Shown here: piece by piece, positions 20,626-32,050 of the stretch
Numbering within the stretch: position 1 is the first letter of the stretch
Layout: each line of letters opens with the position of its first letter
From: Nitrosospira sp.
Lineage (GTDB): Bacteria > Pseudomonadota > Gammaproteobacteria > Burkholderiales > Nitrosomonadaceae
Direction of reading: 5' to 3'
Assembly (NCBI GenBank): GCA_013697655.1
Contig: JACCWK010000042.1
Coordinates: forward strand, 8,051-72,050
DNA length: 64,000 bases
Notes under the pieces: generated by a model
Databases searched by the model: none
What the model was told of the DNA's origin: nothing
Seen by the model: the letters and a program-made list of their open reading frames with translations, nothing else
Made by a program: the position numbers and the translations under genes

Positions 20626-21462
20626 TTGAGCGTGGAGATTATCACCGACATCTCATCCTTGCGTGCCCGCCTTAAACGCGAATCTTCTATTGCCTTTGTC
20701 CCGACCATGGGCGGCTTGCATGAAGGCCACATGTCGCTGGTTCGGCTCGCGCAACAAAAATCGAATTGCGTGGTAGCGAGCATTTTTGTTAACCCCCTGC
20801 AATTTGCGCCGACCGACGGCTTTGACCAGTATCCGCGCACCCTGGCGAACGACTGTGAGCAACTGCAGCACCAGAACACCGATGTAGTATTTGCTCCTGA
20901 TGACAACAGCCTTTATCCTGTGCGTCAAGAGTTTATGCTGGAACCGCCGCAGGTAGCGAATATCCTGGAAGGTGAATTTCGTCCCGGTTTCTTTCGCGGC
21001 GTGGCAACAGTGGTACTAAAACTTTTCAATATTGTGCAACCCCACGTAGCAGTGTTCGGTAAAAAAGATTATCAGCAACTGCATATCATGCGTGAACTGG
21101 TGCAACAATTTAATTTGCCTCTGGAAGTTGTTGCAGGCGAGACCGTGCGCACGCCCGACAAGCTTGCATTGAGTTCTCGTAATCACTATCTATCGGAGGA
21201 AGAACGTGTCGAGGCGGTGCAACTGTATCAAGCTCTATCTCAAATCAAGCATGAAATAGAGGACGGCAACAGGAACTTTCATGCGCTGGAAGAACGAGCG
21301 AAAGAAAATCTACGCAATCGTGGCTGGAAGCCAGATTACATCGCAGTGCAGCAAGGCGATACTTTGCTTCCAGCGCTTAGTAATAATGAGGATAAGGTGA
21401 TATTGGGAGCCGCGTGGCTTGGTAAGACTCGGCTGATTGATAACCTGGAAGTAACCCTGTAA
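20626..21462 (+). CDS. panC: Pantoate-beta-alanine ligase
   Basis: FVPTMGGLHEGH, SIFVNPLQF, FGKKDYQQ, LSSRN and TRLIDN. The start may be the GTG at 20632. Confidence 0.97.
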   Translation: MSVEIITDISSLRARLKRESSIAFVPTMGGLHEGHMSLVRLAQQKSNCVVASIFVNPLQFAPTDGFDQYPRTLANDCEQLQHQNTDVVFAPDDNSLYPVRQEFMLEPPQVANILEGEFRPGFFRGVATVVLKLFNIVQPHVAVFGKKDYQQLHIMRELVQQFNLPLEVVAGETVRTPDKLALSSRNHYLSEEERVEAVQLYQALSQIKHEIEDGNRNFHALEERAKENLRNRGWKPDYIAVQQGDTLLPALSNNEDKVILGAAWLGKTRLIDNLEVTL

Positions 21463-22117
21463 ATCTGGAAGGTAAAGGAAAGCAATAGAATGGCGTGCTA
21501 TGGCTATCTGACTGATGTTCAATTGCTGATTTAGCTACAGACCACGGCTGCAAATCGCCAGATCAATACCATACACTTAAGAAAACAACAATTGATCCAA
21601 CGCAACTATTGCCCAATTTAGTTCCATCCTGCCAGATGACAATCCAGCGGGGGCCAAAAATCCGACATTCCTGAGTGTATCCAGGAACAAAGTGACTAAG
21701 ACTTCATATCGACTTCCTCGTGTGCAATACCAATAATCGCAGTTCTTCACTATCTCCAGTGCGATCCGTCGCTTTTTAGCGACAGGTAATATTCTATTAT
21801 TCTCAGTGGGTTATGTTAAATCCCAGGTTCCATGTTGCTGAACAGCAACAGTAATTCTCCATTTTACGTGCTATTTTCTTTTAGTGTATTGTTTTATATG
21901 AATTAGTTTGTTTGGCATGATAAATGCTTTATAACTAATGATGTCCGACTGCGCCCTCCGGTTTAGCGCCACGAATTCCCTTGGATACGAAAAAAGAGAT
22001 GAATAAATATATTTGGGTCTTTTTAATGTAGTGACAACTCCCTTTGGCCTTCTGTAAATAGTGACATGACTGAAGAATACACTTGATGATAAAAAAAACA
22101 TAAGGAGGTACTTCATT

Positions 22118-22888
22118 ATGTTTCCACTGCATAGCTCTAAGCAAAACCGAATTCTTGCAGCCTTGCCCGCGGAAGATTATGCAAGACTTTTAACGTACAT
22201 GGAATTCCTATTCATGCCTTTGGGACAAGTAATTTATGAACCGGGCGCTTCCATCACTCATTTGTATTTTCCGACTACCAGTATTGTTGCACCCGTCTAT
22301 GGTGTGGAAAACGGTGCATCGGTGCGGCTTGCAATCATTGGAAATGAAGGACTTACCGGTATTTCCTACCTGTTCGGCGGGGACGAGATGCCAACTGGTG
22401 TTTTGGTGCAGAGCGCAGGCAACGCTTATCGTGTAAAGGCGGATATTCTACAAAAGGAATTCGATCGAAGGGGAAAGTTTCAGCAACTGGTGTTGCATTA
22501 CACGCAAGCCCTGATTACGCAAACAGCCCAGAATGGAGTATGCAACCGGCACCATAACATAGAGCAGCAGCTAGGTCGCTTCCTGCTGATGAGCCTGGAT
22601 CGCTTGTCGAGCAATGAATTACAAATGACACACGAGCAGATAGCGATTATGTTGGGCGTTCGCCGGGAAAGCGTGACGCAGGCCGCTCTAAAACTGCAAA
22701 CAGTTGGGGCAATTCGATACAGCCGCGGCCACATTACCGTAGTGGATCGGGAGGAACTGGAAGATTCCGTATGCGAGTGTTATGCGGTGGTGAATAAAGA
22801 ATACCACCGTTTATTGCCGCATCATTCTGTTTCTGATCTTGTTCCGCCAAAGCGACAGGTCCGCAAAGAGCTATGGGCTGTAAATTGA
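22118..22888 (+). CDS. Crp/Fnr family transcriptional regulator
   Basis: Cyclic-nucleotide-binding-like N-terminal domain (IGNEGLTG), CNRHH, and the HTH THEQIAIMLGVRRESVT. Confidence 0.9.
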   Translation: MFPLHSSKQNRILAALPAEDYARLLTYMEFLFMPLGQVIYEPGASITHLYFPTTSIVAPVYGVENGASVRLAIIGNEGLTGISYLFGGDEMPTGVLVQSAGNAYRVKADILQKEFDRRGKFQQLVLHYTQALITQTAQNGVCNRHHNIEQQLGRFLLMSLDRLSSNELQMTHEQIAIMLGVRRESVTQAALKLQTVGAIRYSRGHITVVDREELEDSVCECYAVVNKEYHRLLPHHSVSDLVPPKRQVRKELWAVN

Positions 22889-23173
22889 GGAGAAACCCGG
22901 ACTACCCAGCAAAGCCAAATTCCGCCCTCCCCTGACCTTGGTTTAAGCTGAGTAGCCCGGCTGGTCCCATAAAAAGCAAACACCATTGTTTATCATTGTT
23001 CATTTACGCATGACATGCCAAACCGGCAGACCGCGCGCAAAACGTAGCTCCGGTAAACGTTATGGCAAAATCAGAGGCTCACTGCGCTACGCTCATTCAT
23101 CATGGGTCACGCTTTGAGCTGCGTCGCGCACTTTGTAATACCTGAGTTGTTCTAAAGGCGCTTTGGGCTGGAC

Positions 23174-26035
23174 TTACCCAGAGGCACCTTGGGCTGTCAT
23201 GAGATTTCTGAGAACATAAGGCAATATGCCACCGTGCATATAATATTCCACCTCGATGGCTGTATCAATCCTGCACAGTAAATCGATCTCTCGGCTTGAA
23301 CCATCTTCGCCGTGGATAACAAGCCTCACATTCTGCTGGGGACGAATATCGTCCAGGTCCAACAGATCGAATGTTTCATTACCTTTGATGCCCAGGGATT
23401 GAGCGCTGTCATTGTCCCTGAATTGCAGTGGCAATACGCCCATGCCAACGAGATTGCTGCGATGTATGCGCTCGAAGCTCCTGACAATTACCGCCTTGAC
23501 GCCCAGCAATTGGGTTCCCTTGGCAGCCCAGTCCCGGCTTGATCCACTTCCATACTCTTCCCCGCCGAACACAAAAGTAGGGACGCCGTCTTCAATATAT
23601 TTCATCGCGGCATCGTAAATACTCATTTGTTCACCATCCGGTTGATGCAAGGTAATACCACCTTCGCTTCCGGGTATCATCAGGTTCTTGATGCGCACAT
23701 TGGCAAAAGTGCCACGCATCATCACATTATGGTTGCCACGGCGCGCGCCATAACTGTTGAAATCAATCTTTGATACGCCGCTCTCAAGTAGGTATTTTCC
23801 CGCAGGTGAAGTGTTTTTGATGCTACCTGCAGGGCTGATGTGATCGGTAGTTAACGAATCGCCAAATATACCTAAGACGCGCGCGTTGCAAATTCCTCCG
23901 GACCCACTAGACTGTACCGGCTGCATGGAGAAATCCTGGAAGAAAGGCGGCTCGGCGATGTACGTGGATTGAGGCCAATCATATACCTGGCCGGTAACCG
24001 ACGTTACGTTGTTCCATAGCGAATGATCCTTCGTGAGATTGCTATAGAGCCGCCGAAATGTTTCCGCGTTGGCGGCAAATTTTATCAATGCTTGTATTTC
24101 TTCGTTGCTCGGCCAGACATCACCGAGCCAGACTGGTTTACCGTCCTTGCCGGTACCGAGCGGTTCTGTCATTAAATCCCTAACTATGGTTCCCGCGATA
24201 GCGTATGCCACCACCAACGGCGGAGAAGCGAGAAAATTGGCACGAATGCTGGGATGAATTCGTGCCTCGAAATTACGGTTGCCGGAAAGTACAGCCGCAC
24301 ATACCAAATCATTCGTAACCACGGCCTCTTCAATGGGTTCCGACAGCGGACCGGAGTTGCCGATACAGGTCGTACAGCCGTAACCAGCCAGGCTAAATCC
24401 AAGTTGTTCGAGATAGGGCAGCAGGCCGGTTGCAGTAAGATATTCCGTCACTACGCGCGACCCAGGCGCAAGCGATGTTTTAATATGCAGTTTTACGGTC
24501 AGACCCTTTTCTACCGCTTTCTTAGCCAGCAACCCCGCAGCGATAAGCACACTGGGATTGGACGTATTGGTGCAGGACGTAATCGCCGCTATTAAAATGT
24601 CACCATGACCCAAATCGAATAGTCCATTTGAGACACACTGCGGCGCTTGGTCTGTGTCGAGTATTGGACGATTATTGACCATCTCCTCGACGTTCCTTGC
24701 GCTACCGGGTGCCAAAGGAATCTTTTCCTGACCTGCCCCATTCGGGGAAGCCACTCTTTCCATGCCCCTGGCATCGCAATCGCGCACCGGATAGCGTTGA
24801 CCCAGATCCGCGTCATCTCTACCATAACCGCTATCCGCAACGGACTTGGCAAAAAGTCCGGTAAATCGGGATTTCACATTGCCGATTTCAATGCGGTCCT
24901 GCGGGCGCTTGGGCCCGGCTAGCGAGGGTGTAACCGTTTCCAGATCAAGCTCTAGTTCACGCGTGTAATCGATGTCTCCTTTGCGCGGGACACCGTACAA
25001 TCCTTGCGCCTTGAAATAGGATTGGAATATGGCGACTTCCTCGTTGGTACGCCCAGTACCCCGGAAATATTCGATGGTAGCGTCATCCGCGGGGAAAAAG
25101 CCCATGGTAGCGCCATATTCAGGTGCCATATTGGCGATGGTGGCGCGATCAGGTACGGTTAGCGATACGGTGCCCTCACCAAAAAATTCCACAAACTTAC
25201 CCACCACATGGGCTTTGCGCAGCATTTCGGTGACGGTGAGCACCAGATCGGTGGCGGTGACGCCGTCACGCAACCGCCCTGTCAGATTGACGCCCACAAC
25301 GTCTGGGGTGAGAAGGTAAACTGGTTGTCCCAGCATCCCGGCTTCTGCCTCAATCCCGCCCACACCCCAACCTACCACTCCGATCCCATTGATCATGGTT
25401 GTATGCGAATCGGTGCCGACGAGAGTGTCAGGGTACACCAAGTCATTTTTCTGATGCACCCCGCGGGCAAGGTATTCGAGATTCACCTGGTGCACGATGC
25501 CTATTCCGGGCGGGACCACTTTGAATGTATCGAATGCTTGCATACCCCATTTTATAAACTGGTAGCGTTCATTGTTGCGACGGAATTCGATTTCCATGTT
25601 GAGATTGAGCGCTTCTTTGTCACCGTAGTGATCGACCTGTACCGAGTGATCAACCACTAGATCGACCGGCACCAGGGGTTCGACAAGCTTGGGATTTCTT
25701 CCCATTTTTTTTGCCACGCCACGCATCGCCGCCAGATCCACCAGAAGAGGCACGCCGGTGAAATCCTGCAGTACAATACGAGAGACAACAAAAGGAATTT
25801 CTTCCGTCCGCGTTGCGTTCGCTTGCCAATTTGCCAACTGCCTCACATGGGTCTCGGTAACTTTCTTACCATCGCAATTGCGGAGGACTGATTCCAGCAC
25901 GATACGAATGGAAACCGGCAACCGCGAAATTGTGCCCAGACCTGACGCCTCCAAAGCCGGGAGGGAATAGAACCATGCTTTCTTTCCGGTAAGAAGAGAG
26001 AGTTCTTTCAGCGTGTTGAACAGGTTATGCGGCAT
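23174..26035 (-). CDS. acnA: Aconitate hydratase A
   Basis: [15 protein letters not shown], cluster ligands [11 protein letters not shown] and [21 protein letters not shown] and [13 protein letters not shown]. Confidence 0.97.
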   Translation of the reverse strand: MPHNLFNTLKELSLLTGKKAWFYSLPALEASGLGTISRLPVSIRIVLESVLRNCDGKKVTETHVRQLANWQANATRTEEIPFVVSRIVLQDFTGVPLLVDLAAMRGVAKKMGRNPKLVEPLVPVDLVVDHSVQVDHYGDKEALNLNMEIEFRRNNERYQFIKWGMQAFDTFKVVPPGIGIVHQVNLEYLARGVHQKNDLVYPDTLVGTDSHTTMINGIGVVGWGVGGIEAEAGMLGQPVYLLTPDVVGVNLTGRLRDGVTATDLVLTVTEMLRKAHVVGKFVEFFGEGTVSLTVPDRATIANMAPEYGATMGFFPADDATIEYFRGTGRTNEEVAIFQSYFKAQGLYGVPRKGDIDYTRELELDLETVTPSLAGPKRPQDRIEIGNVKSRFTGLFAKSVADSGYGRDDADLGQRYPVRDCDARGMERVASPNGAGQEKIPLAPGSARNVEEMVNNRPILDTDQAPQCVSNGLFDLGHGDILIAAITSCTNTSNPSVLIAAGLLAKKAVEKGLTVKLHIKTSLAPGSRVVTEYLTATGLLPYLEQLGFSLAGYGCTTCIGNSGPLSEPIEEAVVTNDLVCAAVLSGNRNFEARIHPSIRANFLASPPLVVAYAIAGTIVRDLMTEPLGTGKDGKPVWLGDVWPSNEEIQALIKFAANAETFRRLYSNLTKDHSLWNNVTSVTGQVYDWPQSTYIAEPPFFQDFSMQPVQSSGSGGICNARVLGIFGDSLTTDHISPAGSIKNTSPAGKYLLESGVSKIDFNSYGARRGNHNVMMRGTFANVRIKNLMIPGSEGGITLHQPDGEQMSIYDAAMKYIEDGVPTFVFGGEEYGSGSSRDWAAKGTQLLGVKAVIVRSFERIHRSNLVGMGVLPLQFRDNDSAQSLGIKGNETFDLLDLDDIRPQQNVRLVIHGEDGSSREIDLLCRIDTAIEVEYYMHGGILPYVLRNLMTAQGASG

Positions 26036-26217
26036 GGTAATACTCCTTCAAAGTAATTTTCTGAACTACATAAGCCAAGGACTGCGGAGAGGCGAGAACC
26101 GGTGCGACAAGCGGAATCAAGTCTTCAGGGCTGGTGGAATCCACGAAAAATCCTTCGCTTTTAAATCCTCCCACTTCCTGCCCGCGCCCCGTGCAATTCT
26201 TCAATTTACTCTCCAGT

Positions 26218-26988
26218 TTAATGCGCTCCATATTCGGAAATATCAGCTTCTATTATGCTTTCTGAAAAACTCTGGTAGGCGCTTCCGACCCGTTTGGCCA
26301 TCGAGTCCGGAAAAAGGTGAAAGTCCCCCGCTTTCAGTGCGGCGATTATACCCTCGGCAACGAGGGTGGCTGGCTCTGCCAGTCCTGCAAGGCCAGCAGC
26401 GTCACTCATGTCAGTAGCGATAAGGCCGGGGTGCACGCTCAGAACTGCGGTACCCTGTTGACCCAATAATTGATGTAACGCCTGTGTAATGGAGTAAGCG
26501 GCAGCTTTGGAAGCGGAGTGGAGTGCAAAATTGGAAGCACACTTCAACGAGGCAACTGAGTTGAGTTGCACAAACGCCCCGCCGCCATTTATCTTAAGAA
26601 CAGGAGCAAAAGCCTGTGCAACTCGAATAAGACCAAACACATTGATCTTCATTCCAAGTTCAAGCAAGTCGATAGCATCGCTGGCCATTGGAGTGGATGC
26701 AATGAAGATACCCGCGTTGTTGATCACCACCTGAACATCGTTCGCTGTTTCTGCTGTTGCTGTAATGGTCTCCGGTTTAGCCAAATCCAATTCAACAGGA
26801 ACCACCTTACTACCATAACGTTTAACTAGAGGAATAGCAGTATTGAGATTGCGAACTGCGGCATAAATTTTGGTTGCTCCCTTACTCACGAGAGCATCGA
26901 CTATCGCCTTGCCGATTCCACGGTTTGCTCCTGTGACAAGTGCTATCTTACCGTTGACATCGTAATTTATTTTCACTTTGCTCTTCAA
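26218..26988 (-). CDS. Short-chain dehydrogenase/reductase
   Basis: TGANRGIG Rossmann motif and INNAG. The catalytic YxxxK reads HSASK, so Tyr appears replaced by His. Confidence 0.88.
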   Translation of the reverse strand: MKSKVKINYDVNGKIALVTGANRGIGKAIVDALVSKGATKIYAAVRNLNTAIPLVKRYGSKVVPVELDLAKPETITATAETANDVQVVINNAGIFIASTPMASDAIDLLELGMKINVFGLIRVAQAFAPVLKINGGGAFVQLNSVASLKCASNFALHSASKAAAYSITQALHQLLGQQGTAVLSVHPGLIATDMSDAAGLAGLAEPATLVAEGIIAALKAGDFHLFPDSMAKRVGSAYQSFSESIIEADISEYGAH

Positions 26989-27390
26989 TGCAGCTCTTTG
27001 AATTAATCGATTGATTGCGCTGGCATATCTTTCTTAGCCACGTCCCGGCTCAATTCAATCCTGGCTTGCCTAAACAGTAATTTCATGTTTTAAAGTATAG
27101 CCTTACAGTCTTTTCTCGTCAGAAATAGAGCCCTGACTGTTTTTTACGGAGATGCGCGAGGCCAAGTTTATCATCGTAGCATTCATAGGAAACTACTTCT
27201 ATGTTTATGCGCATGACTACCGATATGGCTTGCGTTCCCACCCCCACTAAAATTCGAAAAATCATGTAATATGAAAGAGATGGGCACGACCGTACATGAA
27301 AAAATCAGGTTATTCGTTCAAGAGGAAGTGCCACCTATTTAAACCGGCGTATTTTCTGGTTGATGATTTCTATATAATGAGAATGGTTTT

Positions 27391-28119
27391 ATGATCCGTC
27401 CTGCGCTGGTCCTGTTGTACGGTTTTCTTGGCTTCTCACGTTACGGACCTATTGAATATTTTCGCGGCGTGGAACAGGCGCTGCGTCAGGCACATGTTGT
27501 GCCTCTAATACCGGAAGTGCCGCCAGGTGGCACTGTGGTCGAGCGTGCGGAAGCGCTTGCCAGCCAACTATTTTGCAGCGACACGCCCGCCTTTGCTGTG
27601 ATAGCGCATAGCATGGGTGGGCTGGATGCCAGGCATCTGATTACCTATCTCGATCCGGACCGACGTGTAAAAAGTTTGATAACTGTTGCTACACCGCATC
27701 GCGGCACGCCCTTAGCAACGTGGTTGCTTGAATCGCGTGGCCTTATCCCAGCGTCGATTCGGCACATGGGCCGCGGGGGCTTGGGTGACCTGACCCCTGA
27801 GACTCGCGCAGCCAGGCCGATTCCCGACCGCGCGGATGTTGCCTATTCCTCGTATGCAGGTTATCGCCCCTTGAATGAACTGCCTTTCTGGCTACGATCT
27901 TTTGGGCGCATCGTTTCGGCGAATAGCGACGGCCTGGTGTCGGTTGACTCTGCCCAATGGGGAGAATTTCGCGGCATTATGCATACAGATCACTTTGAGT
28001 TTGTCGGATGGAGCCTCGCCCTCCCGGATTCTCGAGGGAGAAGACCCTTTGATCATCTTCGTTTTTGGAAAAGAACGGCTGCCGAAGCGATGGCGGCAGC
28101 AGAGAATAAAATGAGCTGA
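27391..28119 (+). CDS. Alpha/beta-hydrolase, triacylglycerol lipase/esterase-like
   Basis: Nucleophile elbow AHSMGG, TVATPHRGT, NSDGLVS and the His region TDH. No obvious signal peptide. Confidence 0.88.
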   Translation: MIRPALVLLYGFLGFSRYGPIEYFRGVEQALRQAHVVPLIPEVPPGGTVVERAEALASQLFCSDTPAFAVIAHSMGGLDARHLITYLDPDRRVKSLITVATPHRGTPLATWLLESRGLIPASIRHMGRGGLGDLTPETRAARPIPDRADVAYSSYAGYRPLNELPFWLRSFGRIVSANSDGLVSVDSAQWGEFRGIMHTDHFEFVGWSLALPDSRGRRPFDHLRFWKRTAAEAMAAAENKMS

Positions 28120-28130
28120 AGGGGAGATTT

Positions 28131-29534
28131 ATGGATCAGAACGACGCTAATAAATGGGATATGCCGTGGTACGACTGGCTGGTATTTTTAGTGCCGACGC
28201 TTCTTATTGTTGGTCTTGGGCTGGAATCCGCCCTGGGACCTGAAGATGTCGAGTATCGCGATTTCCGAGCCGTTGCTCACTGGTTTGATCCGGTATTTTT
28301 TCAATATAATCTGATCATGACTCTGTTGGCGGTACTGGTCGTGCCGTCTCTCGCCTTAACCTATATACAGAGCATGACCAGCCGGAAGGAACGGCAGTTG
28401 CAACGCGAGGTTCCAGCTAGCCGCCGCAGCGAAATCCGCAGAAGGATGGGGCGCCGCGCTTCCTTCAGCACCTATCGCGGCAGCATCTGGCTAACCACAA
28501 CCGTCGTGCTGCTCGGCATTTGCATCCTGCTGCTGTTCAAACCTGCCTCTTACGCGAATGGAGGCGTGGATTTCGGTCTTGGTGCAAACATGTTGACCAT
28601 GGGGCCTTTCGCCGAATTATTCGAAAAAAATCCAGATGCCTACTATTCCCATCTTGTCCGCAATCTGACCGCTTTCCAGTTTGGCTTCCTCGGCGCTTAT
28701 ATCTATTTCATCGGCTCTGTGGTCCGCGCATATTTCACCCTGGATCTGACCTCCCATACTTTTGTGGATGGAGCCATTCGAATGATCGTCGCGAGCATAC
28801 TCGCGCTGGTGCTATCCTTTGTCTTCGACTTCGCCTTCCCCAGCGACTCGAAGCCCGCCGCGGCGCCAGTTACGGCACCCATCAATGATTCCACCGAACC
28901 TTCTTCCACCGCCGATGCCTCATCTGCCAATACAAGTTCGAAGGGCAGTTTTGACGAGACAGAGTCAACCATACCTGCGAGCCTTAGCCTACTTCCGGTT
29001 TTGAGCTTCTTTTTCGGGTTTTATCCGAAACGGGCCGCATTAGCAATCGAGCGCGTTGTGCTCAAAGTAATGAGGAATATTCCCGGCGACAGTTATCGTG
29101 CGCTACCGCTTTCGATGCTTGCCGGGATGAGCTATGCCCATGAGTTGAGGCTGGAGCGAGAAGGTTTTGATAACATTGAGAATCTGAGCGGTGCCGACCC
29201 GGTGGACCTGGCGGTGCGCACCTGCTTCACCTACACTCAGTTAAGGCAATGGATAGACCAGGCGTGGCTTGCGGCGCATTTGCGGGAAGACTACCCGGAC
29301 TTCGTCCGGCGTACGGGTATTACGAATAGTGATGAATTACATACTTTTCTGTCGGCCTGCGAATCGGCGCAGGTCGATGGAGTGGAGCAACTGGTGTCAG
29401 GTTTATCGATGGATCCCGCGGTAACTCCCTCGTGGAAGGTAAAGCTCACCGCCCTTAAAATACTGCTTCATACAAATACTGCCTTGTCGGAAAATACCGC
29501 CGCGCTAGCATCAAAAGAACATGCATCAGGCTGA
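28131..29534 (+). CDS. Hypothetical polytopic membrane protein (about 6 TM) with a soluble C-terminal domain
   Basis: 467 aa ORF with a GGGGAG RBS, about six hydrophobic segments, a Ser/Thr/Pro-rich loop and a C-terminal [26 protein letters not shown] segment. Confidence 0.8.
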   Translation: MDQNDANKWDMPWYDWLVFLVPTLLIVGLGLESALGPEDVEYRDFRAVAHWFDPVFFQYNLIMTLLAVLVVPSLALTYIQSMTSRKERQLQREVPASRRSEIRRRMGRRASFSTYRGSIWLTTTVVLLGICILLLFKPASYANGGVDFGLGANMLTMGPFAELFEKNPDAYYSHLVRNLTAFQFGFLGAYIYFIGSVVRAYFTLDLTSHTFVDGAIRMIVASILALVLSFVFDFAFPSDSKPAAAPVTAPINDSTEPSSTADASSANTSSKGSFDETESTIPASLSLLPVLSFFFGFYPKRAALAIERVVLKVMRNIPGDSYRALPLSMLAGMSYAHELRLEREGFDNIENLSGADPVDLAVRTCFTYTQLRQWIDQAWLAAHLREDYPDFVRRTGITNSDELHTFLSACESAQVDGVEQLVSGLSMDPAVTPSWKVKLTALKILLHTNTALSENTAALASKEHASG

Positions 29535-31007
29535 TACCTTAACCAGCGGCGGAACAGCCGTCTTAATCACGCACATATCAACAAATTCATTGACGGGTGT
29601 TGCTTCCAGTCTTTCCTGATCAAGGCAGAGATCAATTATCGCCTGCTGTTGCGGGGCTGGGAAACAGAGCGCAAGATTGGTCCTGAATTTTTCTTCCAGT
29701 AGCGGAATACCTTCTCTACGGCGAAACCTGTGCCCAATGGGATATTCGACCACCACTTCGTCCAGCTTGTCACCGTTCCTGAATTCCACCGTAACGCCGT
29801 TAGCAATGGATCGTTTTTTGGGGTCGTGATAATCGTGAGTGAATTGCACGTTCTCGACACAAATGATTTTAGCGCGCAGCTTGTCAATGCGCGGGTCGGA
29901 TGCCACGACATCCTCATAATCGGCAGCAGTAAGCCGTCCAAAAATCAGTGACACGGCAACGATATACTGAATGCAATGATCACGGTCAGCAGGGTTGTGC
30001 AGTGGTCCTTTCTTGTCAATGATGCGGATCGCCGCCTCATGAGTACGAATGGTGACTTGCTCGACCTCATCGATCCGCTCCCTTACCCGGGAATGCAATT
30101 GTATCGCGCACTCCACCGCTGTCTGTGAATGGAATTCAGCGGGGAACGAAATTTTGAACAATACGTTCTCCATTACGTATGACCCCCACTGTTCAATCGG
30201 CCGCTGAAACCTGAACGGCTGCCCCTTGAAGAACACATCGTAAAAGCCCCACGTTTTAGCAGTGAGTGCCGAGGGGTAACCCATTTCTCCTTTAAGCGTA
30301 ATAAGCGCAAGCCAGACCGCACGGCTGGTGGCATCCCCCGCCGCCCAGGATTTACGCGAGCCGGTATTGGGCACGTGGCGATAAGTGCGCAGAGGTTGTC
30401 CGTCCACCCAGGCTTGTGAAAGCGCATCGATGATCTGGTCGCGGCTGCCGCCGAGCAAATGGGTGACTACTGCAACAGATGCCGCCTTAACCAGTACCAC
30501 ATGATCCAGCCCCACCTTATTGAAACTGTTTTCCAGAGCGAGACAACCTTGGATCTCATGTGCCTTGACCATCGCGGTCAGCACGTCGCGCATGGTAGGC
30601 GGCTTCGTTCCTGCGGTCACGGAATTACGCGCACGCCAGTCGGCCACAGCAAGTATACCGCCCAGATTATCGGATGGATGGCCCCATTCGGCCGCAAGCC
30701 AGGTATCGTTAAAATCCAGCCAGCGGATCATTGTGCCGATATTGAACGCGGCCTGCACCGGATCAAGCTGGAACCGGGTACCCGGGATCTTTGCTCCATT
30801 GGGCACAGTCGTATCCGCAACGAGCGGTCCAAGCAACTTGACGCAGGCCGGGTAAGTGAGCGCTTCCACTGCGCAGCCGATGGAATCCATTAGGCAATTG
30901 CGCGCGGTGTCGTAAGCCAGGCTGCTGTGGATATCGCGGTTGGCAACATAATCGGCAATGTCCGCCAGTACTTGATCGGGCTGTGGGCGAATATTAAGAA
31001 TGGGCAT
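29526..31007 (-). CDS. prpD: 2-methylcitrate dehydratase
   Basis: [44 protein letters not shown] and NPADRDHC. Confidence 0.96.
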   Translation of the reverse strand: MPILNIRPQPDQVLADIADYVANRDIHSSLAYDTARNCLMDSIGCAVEALTYPACVKLLGPLVADTTVPNGAKIPGTRFQLDPVQAAFNIGTMIRWLDFNDTWLAAEWGHPSDNLGGILAVADWRARNSVTAGTKPPTMRDVLTAMVKAHEIQGCLALENSFNKVGLDHVVLVKAASVAVVTHLLGGSRDQIIDALSQAWVDGQPLRTYRHVPNTGSRKSWAAGDATSRAVWLALITLKGEMGYPSALTAKTWGFYDVFFKGQPFRFQRPIEQWGSYVMENVLFKISFPAEFHSQTAVECAIQLHSRVRERIDEVEQVTIRTHEAAIRIIDKKGPLHNPADRDHCIQYIVAVSLIFGRLTAADYEDVVASDPRIDKLRAKIICVENVQFTHDYHDPKKRSIANGVTVEFRNGDKLDEVVVEYPIGHRFRRREGIPLLEEKFRTNLALCFPAPQQQAIIDLCLDQERLEATPVNEFVDMCVIKTAVPPLVKVSA

Positions 31008-31232
31008 GACATTGACTGTCTGGTAATGAAAATGAATGTCGAAAGAATCCGTAGCTAATTCAGGACTTCCAGCTGAATGCTAATAATGTTTGATGTATCC
31101 CGATGCTGAAGTAGAAAGCTTATGGGAAGGGTATTGCACGTATGCAATCGTTCTTAGTACTACTGTCATGTCCGATTATCGTCCGGCAACAATGGGTGGC
31201 ACCAATTTCCGCTTTTTTCTCAACTTTGTGAT

Positions 31233-31823
31233 TCACCGCAGATTACGATAAATCAGCCACACGATCGCCGCAACCAGGGGTCCTGCCAGCCACCAACCCG
31301 CTACGTGCACCTGCGTTAACCCCCTCTCGATCCAATCTCCCAGAAAATAGATACCGCCCGCCCAGGTGCCAACCCACAATATACCGCCGAATGTATTGTA
31401 GGCAACAAACTTTCTCCATGGCATCTGCATGCTGCCCGCAAAGATACCGTTACACTGCCTCAGCACTGGGAAGAAGCGTGCCACAATCACTGCCGCAGGG
31501 CCGAACCGGTCAAAGAACCTTTGCCCAGCTTCCAGCCGCGCCCGGGTGATACCAACACGGCTGCCATGGCGCATCGCCCAGTGATATCCTCCCCGGCGGC
31601 TAATCAAATAGCCAACATTATCTCCCAGGATCACTGCCGATAGCGCCCAACCTGTCACCGCGGCGATGCTGAATTGCCCTTTCATTGCGAGCAAGTTTGC
31701 AGCAATCAGGAAGGTTTCTCCCGGCAACGGCAAACCGAACGATTCAGTAAACAACACGACAAACAATGCCGCATAGCCATATTGCGCAAGATAAGGATGC
31801 GCTGCTGCAACAAGGTCATTCAT
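31233..31823 (-). CDS. DedA family membrane protein
   Basis: ESFGLPLPGE, GDNVGY and VARFFPVLR. The ORF extends to 31892; the likely start is 31823 (MNDLVAAAH). Confidence 0.9.
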   Translation of the reverse strand: MNDLVAAAHPYLAQYGYAALFVVLFTESFGLPLPGETFLIAANLLAMKGQFSIAAVTGWALSAVILGDNVGYLISRRGGYHWAMRHGSRVGITRARLEAGQRFFDRFGPAAVIVARFFPVLRQCNGIFAGSMQMPWRKFVAYNTFGGILWVGTWAGGIYFLGDWIERGLTQVHVAGWWLAGPLVAAIVWLIYRNLR

Positions 31824-32050
31824 GCGCGAATTATTGCCGTGGTTTGCAATCCCTGCAAGCGAGAGAGTCCAGTGGTGGAACCCGCCTGCCATCTCTGCTA
31901 ACGCAAGCTATGGCTGATCTAAACAAATAAAGCAGGAAAGAGAGAATCAGACACAATTATTATTCCTCGCAGTTCTTTCGCTAAATGGCGCGTCTACCCG
32001 GAACAGTGGACGACCACGAAAACAGCTTCCGGATTTCGCAACCTGATTGC

